Assembly: GCA_002633005.1 (NCBI GenBank)
Contig: NMRA01000081.1
Location: forward strand, 313,625 to 377,624
Length of the DNA: 64,000 bases
Direction of reading: 5' to 3'
From: Phoronis australis
Taxonomy: Eukaryota; Animalia; Phoronida
The position numbers and the translations under genes were made by a program. Shown piece by piece: positions 52,753 through 64,000 of the stretch (position 1 is its first letter; each line of letters begins with the position of its first letter). The notes under the pieces were generated by a model, which was given only the letters and a program-made list of their open reading frames with translations, searched no databases and was not told the origin of the DNA.

Positions 52753-54110
52753 GACAAAACGTTAGTTTGTCTTAATTTACGATTTGATTGGTCTTTGATG
52801 TATACGTTTTGAATCATTGTTGTTTCCCTAGTTCACTGTTACAACGTCACGTGACATCAAAGCAAACTGAAAACATGTGAGGAACACAAAATGTCCTCGA
52901 ATTTTTTTCGGGCATGTCACGATTGAGACGATCAGACTGGTAACGCAAGATCACGTGAGTCTTCAGGAAATGTCTTACAAGCAAAGACCGTGATCACATT
53001 CGCTTTTCTTGCGGGTTTATTGCGTCCATGGAATGCAACGTGGGTGTGATTTCGTTTGCCTTTCTCTTTCTAACGTAATGACTCTAAACTCCACGTTTTG
53101 CCAAAAGTAGATATATGTATAACTTAAGAGAAACTTAAGGAACCAAACCGATTAAGATCAGACACGTTGTAAAGGCTAGAATTTTCCATGTATACACACT
53201 TGTTTGCTTTCCATGCTTAAGATGTTGTTGAAGTAGTATGTAGCCAGTTGTATTTAATTATTCATTGTTACTCTCGATGGCCAGTGGTTGGCTACAATAG
53301 GAATCGTCAATGTATTGTCAAAGTTCAGTGATTCTAAGAAACATTTGTTGCTGATTATTGAAGTTTGTTAATTGCAACTGGATAAATTAAAGCCACACAC
53401 ACAACGACAGCGTTTTTTAATCCGACGACTTAATGTATTGATTACCTATGTGACATTAGTCTTCAGCATTGGCTATTTTTATCTTTTTTAAACATTTATT
53501 ACCAAATCTAGTAGGAATAACAAATATTACGAATACAATTGTTGAGGTTAACCGATACATTCACTTAGAAAAAGTACATGTATACGTAACCGAGGTCTCG
53601 TTATACAACAGTCTGGGCAGTGATTACTCCAATTGCAGGCTTTCCTCTATCATCAAATTGTTTGTTTTGCGTTTTTAAAGTAATTACACTTCTCTTCATG
53701 GTTCTAATTGAACAGTCCTTCTTAAAAAAGGGATGGACGAGAAGAGGAAAGTCTTTTTCAGTTTATATGATACCTTGCAACACAAACAGTAAGATAATTT
53801 GAAAATTTGCTCCTGTCAAAAAACACAAAACAGATAGATTTTATAAGAATAAAAGGCCTAACTCATTTTAGTCAGCTAAACGAGGCGAAATACATCTTTA
53901 GTATATAACTTCCTTAAAAGCTTTTAACATTTCTTTCGGTGATTCAAGAAGCTGACGAAGAAGGCAACCCCTTTCACCATGATCCCGATTTTACAAATAT
54001 GAACCAATGACGAAGTTGATATCAAGTCGATGCTCTTATGAGATTGGCATGTTATTACCTGCTTTGATTAAACAGTCAGAACGAAAATTGATATTTCATG
54101 GCTAGAGCAG

Positions 54111-54358
54111 GAGCCCGTTCCAAGAAACTGACTTAAGTTTATTTTTGACTTAAGTCCAAGATTTGTCTTAACTTCCAAACTTTGAAACTTCCACATCTGG
54201 TAAATTCATCAAACTTAAGACAAAACTTACGTCAAACACTTAAATCAAGCTTAAGATCTCTTTCTTAAAACGATTTTGAGACAAATTGAACTTTTAATTT
54301 AAAATTTAGTAAAATTTAAGAATTGTCTTAGCTAAGTCAGTTTTGTTGGAACGGGCCC
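54111..54358. mobile_element. Harbinger-type MITE
   Basis: TIR G(A/G)GCCCGTTCCAA.AAACTGAC; CAG TSD; internal cttaag repeats. Confidence 0.75.
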
Positions 54359-56133
54359 CAGGTCTACATCTCCTCATAACGGAAGTTATTGTACTGCCTT
54401 TTAGCCAATAAGAAGTATCAGTGGTCGTGTAATGAAAATGGTTTCAAGGAGACATGACCTTTAAACTCAAACGACTGATGGTGCCGTCGTGGTTAGTACA
54501 AATAAATAGCCATATATAAGAATGTTAAACAAAACATTTTATTGTACATTGCAAAATGCCAAAATGTATGATAATATAACACATCACCAAACACAAAAAC
54601 AGAGCAATAAGGCCTATCAGAGTAATTAAAAACTACGTTCTATTAAAGAGTACTGGCCAACAAGCAACCTGAGGCACGTAATTAACGCGAGCGGTGCTGC
54701 CAAGTGCATTGATAAGATTGGAATAAACAAGCTTAAACAAACTAAAATGACATTTTAAAAAGCATTTAAAATATTCGAAGAGAACGGGAAATCACCAATT
54801 AATATAGCTGAGGTTAATTTAGAAATAAATAAATACACATCTGTAAAATCCATAAATGTACACACTTGCTAAATCCCCAGCACACTAGCTGATTTGTGAA
54901 GTCGGTAGACAAGATATTTTGAAGCTGATTAAATATGAGTCAAAACATAACAGGACATACTACATTTACAGTTTTCGCGACTAACGCGTATGCCTAGAGA
55001 GCTGTCGAGTTTTGCATGGCATTTATCTACGTCATGGCGATGTCATTTGCCGTTCTTATTATCCAAAATATTTACCTATCACGACAAATTGTCGTAGCTT
55101 GCAGCACATTAGCGGACAAGACGTCAAAATGTCTTTCGATCTAGCACGAGGATAATGTCGCCGACATGACCGATACTGTCGCCAACAAATCGGCAGTAGC
55201 AGCTCACAGGCCGGTAAGTTTTTCACGTGCTTTGTCATAAGTGTTCTGCAGGCTTAAGGTCACGCTTTTAATTACAATGCAGCTATACCATAATTTAGTA
55301 ATGACGTTCCAGTTAATATCAAGAAGTAATGCCGTTCGCGTGGGCAATGTCTTCCATTTCTACGGTGGATTATACTGGGGAAAGAAAAGGTATAATGTCA
55401 CATAAATATGAGCTCAATTGTGAGTTCGATAGATGCAAAAATCTTGCGAAATGGCAAGATTACGTACGATCACATTAAAAATTACGCGAGTTAAAGGCGA
55501 ATGTTTCTTTTCGGTCATCTGCACGCATTTACAGAAACTAGGTTATTTCTTGAGTATACTCAGGAGCTTACCAGCGAACTCTGGCGAATGGCGGCCACTG
55601 AAGTGACTGGTCGGTGAAGGTAGATTGTTCAATCATAGCATAGAAAGCATTGTTCTGCTTCCGTTTGACCAAAAATGCCTCAAAAAGCAACTTTTATCTT
55701 TAAAACAACATTTCTTGGTTGAACAAGGTTGGTTGGTAGTTCTCAGTGATACGACAAAAAGTTATTAAAATCCCAAACGCAGGGTAATTAAAGACACCTT
55801 ATGTGTATTCTGTCACATTTTTCTCAGTGTCACACTAAAAATTTCAATCTTTTTTACTTTTATTATTCGCAGTTGTAAGTAACGGCTCCTCGAACTGTGA
55901 GAACAAGTTTCAAAAATAAATGAAGTTTTTTTCACACTGTTTGAAAAGAAAGCAATTCAACATATTTGAACAACAAAGACAATTTCTATTCAATGAGATT
56001 TGGAAAAAAAACAATATGCCGTATATATTTGCATATGGCGCTATCCTATTTTTCGCTTCTTCTAATAACTTATTGCAGTGAAGAGAACACGTGATAGTTT
56101 GTTTCTTCATACCTGGAATACATGCGAACTTCC

Positions 56134-59100
56134 TCAAATAAAAGCCAACAAGAGAGCTGCGATTAAATTCAACCACGAAACAACGACAACGCTAGCCGCA
56201 GACCTTGGTTTGCCTGAAATCAAAGAGAATGTAACATTTTAACTTAGTTGAGGTCAATGTCTACAGATGGCGGGGTCGAACTCACGTGTGGCACACCCAG
56301 TATCTCGGGTGAGTGAACAAAACATATTTACTATCTTTGTCTACACTTAGATAATTCAACAGAATGAAAATAAATCTTTATGATACCTTCTTAATCCTTG
56401 CACGGTGAACCAATGAGAGGTCGCGGTGCATCCCCGAAGAGTACCAATGAAAGGTAACTCGTGTAAAACAGGAAACACAATGACGCTAATAACGTCATTG
56501 AGGGATGCAAGGAAAGACAACCTTACGATAATGTCTTCTTGGAAAGGGTAAATTCACGAGTGAGGTCATGCACATTGCACGCAATTTATAGAAACATTCA
56601 AATATCGAACGGAGCAAATTAAATAAAGAAACAAATGGCAGTTAGCAAACACACCGTTGTTATTCAAAACACTGACGTGTACATCAGAAGAGTTAAAGTT
56701 AATGTAAATTAAAATGATTATAAACGCTGCTTTAGTGGTTTCAATCAAAATTGAGTAGGCCTTTAACTTGCCACTGTATAAGACACTGTCTACTACATCT
56801 CCTTGTTCTGTCACGAAGTCTATTGACCTTTTTACAGTTAGAGAATAGGGTTGGCATTCCGAATTATACAGTGATAGAACTCTTTCTCCCGGAGGTAAGA
56901 AATCGCGCCGTTTTCATTGACCTGAGACGTTTTGAAATGTCAGGCACATTTTCACAGGTCATGTCGGAAACTGGCGAGGTGTGTGGGATGTGGAAATATT
57001 CTCGATTTTGACAGTTTCTTCAAGAAAGGTGTTCTGTTCGGTTCAAAATTAACCCGGCGATTTTGCTTTATCCACTCACTCTGCATTTTTTGTCTTTGTC
57101 GGGAAGGCGACGAACGTTACCGTGTGATAAGAATACGACAATGGCGCGAAAACGAAGGCTACAAAAGTGCTTGACGGACATTTGTGCGAGATTCGAGTGT
57201 AATCTGGGACTTCATCGCCATCTGTTGGCTGAACATGTAAATGTATGTCCTCCGATTTCATTCATTGTTTTCATTCTGCTACAAAACTGATGTCTAACAA
57301 TCCGTTGCGAATCTCAAACAAATATTTAACCGTAAAACGGTCAATAAGGTGAGGTCTGTCCTCAGAGCTGTCGATTACCTCGCCTCAAGCGTGAGTCAGA
57401 CATACAGAACTTGTAAGGAGTATCAAAACCTTTGGAGGTTGACGTGGGAAACAGTTGTTTCGAATATTTAGGCCTAAGTAATCCAGTTGAAGTTAATATG
57501 CTAACATCGTGTTTATTATCCTTTTAGCCATAACAACATTGACGAAAGGTGTCGAAAATTGGCCATGCAAACTAAAACTCCAATCATGCAACAAGAACTT
57601 TTCTGGTGAAACGCTGTCTCTTGGAATAAAGTACATCGAGAAAGATATGGTAACAATTCCTACGATACGATAAAAGTTCTGCTTCGAACGCGTAAACAAA
57701 ACAGAACACAAAAAGTGCAGGAATCCAACACATGCGAACATTTGTTATAATATAGCATAGGTCACGGGTATAATTACAGACATGCAAAGACTGGGTTCAC
57801 GTAAAATCTTACTCTCGTCACTGATTGGCTGTGGTCCCTCAGTAATCATTTCTGTCTCTACAACTTCGGCTAAGATCAAAAAGTTCACACACTTAAATGA
57901 TAGTCACAAAATAAAAAATATTCAAACATAATAAATTCACGTGCCACTTGAAAAGGTACCAATTTAATTCAAATAATTCCCAAATGCACTGACGTAATAA
58001 AGAAGATAAAGATGTAATGAAACTTATAAATATGAAATGATATTTTTGAGTATGAAGGAAATAAAGTAGTACTTACCAGGTTTCCCTGTTGGACACAAAG
58101 TACAAGGGGGTAATTACATTGCACTTATCGCAGCCACGTTGTTCAAAATAAAACGCAAAGAAAATATGGGCTTAGGACTCATTTATGGTCAGTAAGTTTT
58201 TGTTTTCAACTGGTGAAATACTGCGATTGACTCTTTTTTATCATTAAAGAAATCGTATTACTTCTCTTACTTATATAAGCGAAATTACACTGGTTACATC
58301 TACTGGTAACTAAAGAATAGTCACAAAAGGAAATAAAGCAAAGTTTAGGATTGCTAATGATCAGTAGTTGTCATTAAATTTAATCTAAATTTAGGCTTCC
58401 AAAACTCTTCACTCTTTACTCTAGTTACTTTTACGTGATGTCGTCACTCACCTTTCCTGAGTTCTAGTCTTGTTGGTTTGTTGCTTCCTTCAGAATTGGA
58501 AAGTTCTATCTCATATGTTCCGAAATGTTTGTCGTCTCCCTTGTGCATTTCTGCTATGACAAGTCTTGCTAAAAACTTGTTATTTTCTAAAAACTGAAAA
58601 CAAACAAATTGGTGTCAGGACAAAATACATGTGCTTAATTACTAGCTGTGACGTCATGCTGTTGCATTCAGTACAAAAAATTAAGCGCTAGATTTGTAAG
58701 TGAACTCTTGTATGCTGCTTTAAACGTTTTTGATCAACTGAAGGTATTGTGTGAACTCATGAACGTGTACTTTCCACATGGGTACTTACGCAGGGACTCA
58801 TTCATTGGGCGCAATTTAAGGCAACCTCCAAATGGTAAGGTATTACTAAATTGTCATTCAAATTAACGTTCGTCCATGTGGTCTCTTGCATGCGATCATT
58901 TCTGGGACAATTTACGCCCGGGCAACTTCGCGGCTGGACCCAACGTACAGCCGGGAATTTTCGCACATAGCCTACCCCCAAATGAACGCTCATGGGCCAA
59001 TATTCGACTGAGCCCATGCGCCTACTTTCATAGTAATACCTATCATTTTCAGGGTTTTATGGGGTTTGAAAAATTACTAGTGCCGGCAAGTGATTGTCGA

Positions 59101-62100
59101 AAAACGTTTACAGTCATCCGATCAGTCTGTTGTTTGAAATCCCCGTCGTTGCGTAGTTTCTACGGAATACATTTGCAACTTGATCAACAATCAACACGGC
59201 TTATGTTATGATGCATTTTCGTTTCAGCCTCCGTCCGTTACCGGAAGTAGTCCGGGCTTACCGTTGGGTTAACAGAACGGTGAAAAAATCGTTTTCGGCT
59301 TCTGTAACCAACTTGTCCTGATGCTTGAAGCTATATTATACATTTGTGTAAAAAGATGAATTGTTTAAAGATACCTCTATTTTACTATAGTGATGGGAGT
59401 TGTTCCTCAGACGAGATCGCGCGCCATCTTTAACCGAGTACCACACATCAGTCGTAACGCGTGGATTAGCCAAGCCATTGCATGTAATTGTCACGTCTCT
59501 GTCACCTGGCGCCGCTACTACGTCATTGCATGTCACTTGAGGTGGAACTGGAAAAATACATCAGTCCAAACTTTATATTCACTGTTATTTATAAGTATTT
59601 GTCACATTTACCCTGGTAGTTGGTAAGCAATCGTTTATAGACTTAGCTCTGTACAACCACAGACAAAACGAGATATTAGAATCAACTTGTCAATCAGTTC
59701 AAAAAAGCTGCCCGGACTGGCTACCGACTTGAGCAGAAACTGTTAAAATACTGGGGGCACGAACTCATGACTGCCATGTCAAAATAAATTCACAATGTTC
59801 ACACACTGGTGGCACGAACTCATGACCACAGGGGACTGTTTCATGAAAATAGAAATTTAGTCTTACTCTACCACTTCATATGTGCTGAAGAAGGTTTAGG
59901 CAAGTAATTACGAGAGAATCATAGTCTGGAAGTAATTATTTTTCAGAAATGGCTGTGTAGAGCGGAAGACCAAATTTCTGACTTAAGGTGGCAATGAATA
60001 GTTTTTTAGTCAATTTCGTTAAAAATTGGCACACCCTGGAATGGCTGGGCATTTTGAGTTTTATGCTGCGAGTGAAGGCTACGATTGTCATTTGCTTGAT
60101 TTTTGTGTCTGCTTTTAGCGAGGTTGTCAGTTGCTGACCCCTGACTCATTTTTTGCTCAGACGTGGCTTTTCTTAATTAACCACATTGCTTGCAAGTGGG
60201 AAGTTGGAATTACGCATGGAATTCAGGTATCCTTCATACACTTTGGATTTGTAAACAAGAGCAACGAGGAGCGTTGAAATACGCCCACGATAACACCGCA
60301 AACGGTGTGCTTCTATGGGTGTTTTTAGTATCATAAAAATGTTCATTAAATGACGCAGAATGCGTCAAATCCATCAGAATTGAGAAGGTGGCGTCGTTTA
60401 TGTAAAACATAACTATATGCCAAAATGTTATGAGAATAAGCCAAGGAACTCCGAAGTTATAGGGCAAACGTAAAAAACAATTGACTCTACGGGGCACAGC
60501 TATAGTCCGATTGGTTTGTTATTCATCGTCATCTGTTGCCATTTCTGTAAAAGCCCATCTTCCAAATTTCGCAAAGATCTTCTAAGGGTTAAGGAGACAG
60601 AGCCGTGGATGCAAAAAAAAGCAAAATTGCGCCTAAGGGTGCCAGAATAGTAAAAAAAACATCTGAAAATCAACATCAATCAGAGAGATCCGTGACATTT
60701 TGTTCTGTTATTCATTGGAAATGACTTGGCTCATCGAAACATCGATCGAAGCATCGGTCAAAACATTTATTGATCAATCGGAAAATTAAGCAGAAGACAA
60801 GGAGCTATAAACCCACAGCAGCTAAAAATCATGAAGACTTCAATTTGAAAGACCCTGGAAATAATGTTTTACGTGGAAAAAGATGGTAACTGAATAACAA
60901 GTTATGCATTAATTTTGTTAGACAATCGAGACAGAACAACGGTTCTCATTGAAGTGAAACTTACATTTAATGTCGAGTGTTACCGAAACAGTTTTCGGTT
61001 GATGGAGCGGAACACTGGCGATGCATTTCAACTGTTGTCCACTCTCGTTGGCAAACACGCGAAAAAGTGGATTTTGAAGTTGAATCTCTGACCGAATTCT
61101 CTCAATACCATAAGAGCTCTGTGCCAAATAGAAATAAACACTTCACATCATGAACAAAAGTTTAGCGCTAACGTAAAATTAACAAGATATGTTTAAGACA
61201 TAAACCATTTGAACCAGGTTTGGTACCTCATATTTAAGTTCATGCATATATATGCGATATAATGCTTGTTTCGAAGAAAACTTCTATTCAACAATTTCGC
61301 ATGTAGCTAGGTGCATACGCCTACAGTCTTCATTTATAGGGGCAGAAACGTAATTGTTGCATAATTATGTGCATTTCCGTGTTTTAGTCCATGTTTAGAA
61401 CGCTTCATTAGAAAATTAAGAGTTAACATGAATACACATCAGCATATATCATTTTATAATGGATAAATCAAGTTCACATGAGCAATATTTTAAATTTTGC
61501 TTTCGGTTTTACCCAAGTGTTCTACACTTAGGCGCATGCTCAGTACTTCCGAATATTTGCGCACTTCCACTTATTGGATAGTTCCGACACGCCATTCAAG
61601 CAAAGAATTACAGCTAATCAGGGTCTAGGAACGTGACATCACAACGAGAAATATTTGTCCCACAAAGGTTGGTTACTAACAAAAGCGCGCGGACTGTTTT
61701 ACGATGCGCTTGGTGTACTTACGACACAGATCAACGATACACGGGGAAAGAACTGTGTACCAGATGATCAACTGACATAGGTTCGATAAAGTGAAAGAAG
61801 TTCACCTGTCGTATTACGTTCCACAAATGTTTTTTATTAATGTATTTTATTTTATTTTCTTGATTAGAATTTAATGCGAATCACCATTGGATACTAAAAA
61901 AAAGGAAAATGCAGTCAAATTGCGTGGAGATATTTTTTTCCACCATCATTGTGCTATGAAACAGCTTACCAGATCACATAATCCTGTCAGTGAACATAAG
62001 ACCGTAATACGAGGCAACTATCAGTGTGTACGGTACATTTTTGAATCGATCAGACATCTGTGGAGGAAGCACGGCATGTTAACTGACTGGCGTAACCTAT

Positions 62101-63382
62101 GAATGGGCTCAAATGGTTGGTATCGCTGTGTGCAACATTTCGTTTGCTTCTCTTTGATCCATTTTGTTTATGTGGTTCTATATGGTATCAGTTTTAAAAA
62201 ATATGATAAAAATCGTAGAGGGTCTGCCGCAGGAGTACGCTTGCAAAAGACGTCCGTCATTTTCTTTCGTCGCTTTTGGGACCATCGCGACAGTAACTAT
62301 GGTGAGAGTAGCTTGGTTGCGCTTGTTAGAACTATCCACTCAACATGGACGGCACATCAACACCATAGGTGGCTGGGGGGGCTATACCCCCACTTTTTTC
62401 AGTGCTACGCCGCACATAGTCTATAGGTGATGCACCACAGGGGGCTGAGGGGGCTTTAGCCCCCCCTCCCCCCTACACTTTTTTTACTGCTGCGCCGCCC
62501 ATGCTCAATCCCCAAACGGAGCTCCCGAACAGCCGTGTCTAACGCCTGCGAATAATTATTAACACGATTGCCAATAGATTCCCCTCCCGTAGCAAACATA
62601 TATACGATCAAGATGGTGAAGACTGAGGACCATGCTTACACAGAGAAACTTAAATTGCATGCAGTTTAGTTTCTACATAATCTAAAAACTTACAAAAGTT
62701 GTGTAGTTATTTTCTTGTGAGCTGAAATCTGGTGTTATGTCCCGTTCTCCAATTAACACTTTAACTTGTGGCATCGGGATGCTCCCTTCGACGTGACAAT
62801 TCAAGTGTTGTCCTCTATTGTGTGAAAGGATTTCTAAATTCACTGAATTGTGTCGCCCACGAAATGTCTGTTTGGGTTCGCCTCCTGCCATAAGTTCCAT
62901 ATACATCAATTGTACGGGCCCTACACGAAAACAAATGGTGAAAATTAATTAGATATTACACGTTGTGAGGAGATGGTTACCATCTCTATTTAAGTCAGAA
63001 GTGCAGTTTAACATTAGAAGTAGTCTAACGCAAGCAACACCAGCTGTCAGCGATGTGGCATTATAATTGCAGTGACGCAATAGCAGCAGCAGAAGCAGAA
63101 TCAGCAGCAGCAACAGCAGTAGCAACAGCAGTAGCAGTAGAATCAACAGAATCACAACAGTATCAGCAGCAGCACCATCAGCAGCATCACCAGAATGAGC
63201 AGCAGCAGCAGCAACAACAACGGAATCGTCAGCAGCACTAGCACCAGAATCATCAGTAGCAACAGTAGCAGAATAATTATCAGCACCAGCAGAAGAAGAA
63301 GAAACAGCAGAATCAACAGCAGCATAAGAAACAGCAGCAGGAACAGAATCATCAGAATCAGCAGCAGCAGCAGTAGAAGCAG

Positions 63383-63414
<32 letters not shown>

Positions 63415-63695
63415 ACAACAGCAGAAATATTACATCATCATGAATCTGCGAGCAACTTCGATCGCAAAATACATGCAGTTACAATACGACTGAGCTTCGA
63501 TGTCAGGCAGTTAGTCACTGAACTTTGGTTATAAAAGTGGTTTCTGATTATCTGCATCTCCTTCGACTTCTTGATGTAACTTCTAATAATACCATGGAAA
63601 TGTTTTACCGTAGACATGTAGAAACTGTCCAATAGTGGTTACTGCTCGACTGAGGACCATACAGCCGTAAGCTCCCCTGTCTTCTGTTTGAACAT
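56134..63695 (-). CDS. GPI-anchored immunoglobulin-superfamily cell-surface protein (lachesin/IgLON-like layout), 3' part
   Basis: Exons 63695-63609 (DVQTEDRGAYGC), 62920-62694 (LNCHVEGSIPMPQV), 61118-60965 (SGQQLKCIASVP), 59547-59375 (FPPQVTC...ITCNGLANP...W), 58593-58452, candidate small exons 58085-58077, 57857-57813 and 56807-56772, and terminal 56213-56134 (GKPRSAASVVVVSWLNLIAALLLAFI*). Phases are compatible; the 5' end is off window. Confidence 0.8.
62344..62503. mobile_element. GC-rich MITE (CATGGGCGGCGCA-type termini); related end at 13431-13490
   Basis: Inverted termini, CTCAA direct repeat on both flanks, gggggct..agcccccc hairpins. Confidence 0.6.
63080..63425. repeat. Imperfect (CAG)n / (AGC)n trinucleotide repeat, intronic
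   Basis: Read directly; lies between Ig exons 63609 and 62920. Confidence 0.92.
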
Positions 63696-64000
63696 CTGCG
63701 AGCAAAGAATGAAACGAGTAAAGAACCTATAAACACCTTTAACTGCAGACGAAATAATGCTACATAGTCATAATGAATGTCAAATAATAGAAAATACGAA
63801 ATGAAGGTAATCGTATTGCCGTTTGATATTCTACTATTAAAGTTGATGCGTCAATACTCACCTTAATCCTAGATATCTTGATGGACAGGAGACAGAAATC
63901 TTCAACAATCAAGCTCCATTGTTTTCAATAACACATTTCCATTATAATAGCATTTTGAAAAGTATAAGTAAGCCCGGCATCAAACAAACAAAATTGCTTG

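Noticed and set aside
58172-58209. Alternative terminal exon giving a secreted Ig isoform (VENKNLLTINES*)
   Set aside because: Only a chance-level acceptor and short frame, with no other support
62949-63443. Poly-Leu, poly-Ser and poly-Gln ORFs
   Set aside because: Translations of an intronic CAG repeat in several frames
63862-63950. Upstream coding exon of the Ig gene
   Set aside because: A donor is present but no open frame in the required phase was found

Overview
Intron-rich, AT-rich invertebrate genomic DNA (probably lophotrochozoan; inference), not prokaryotic. Manual exon reconstruction gives five gene models. (1) A minus-strand GPR158/179-like extracellular-domain (Cache plus EGF-like) gene that runs off the left edge. 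(2) A degenerate partial duplicate of it (about 12.7-21.6 kb) that shows the family architecture: signal peptide, Cache1, EGF, a furin-flanked basic linker, Cache2, with no 7TM seen in the window. (3) A 30-kb plus-strand 12-TM adenylyl cyclase (AC2/4/7-like) with intact catalytic residues but a deletion in the C2 Gs/forskolin loop. (4) An IL-17 gene nested antisense in a cyclase intron that has lost both Cys of one cystine-knot disulfide. (5) The 3' part of a minus-strand GPI-anchored Ig-superfamily gene with tiny symmetric stalk exons. MITEs with identifiable target-site duplications, THAP transposon relics, tRNA-derived SINE heads, simple repeats and one assembly gap are also present. Coordinates were read by eye and no database search was run.
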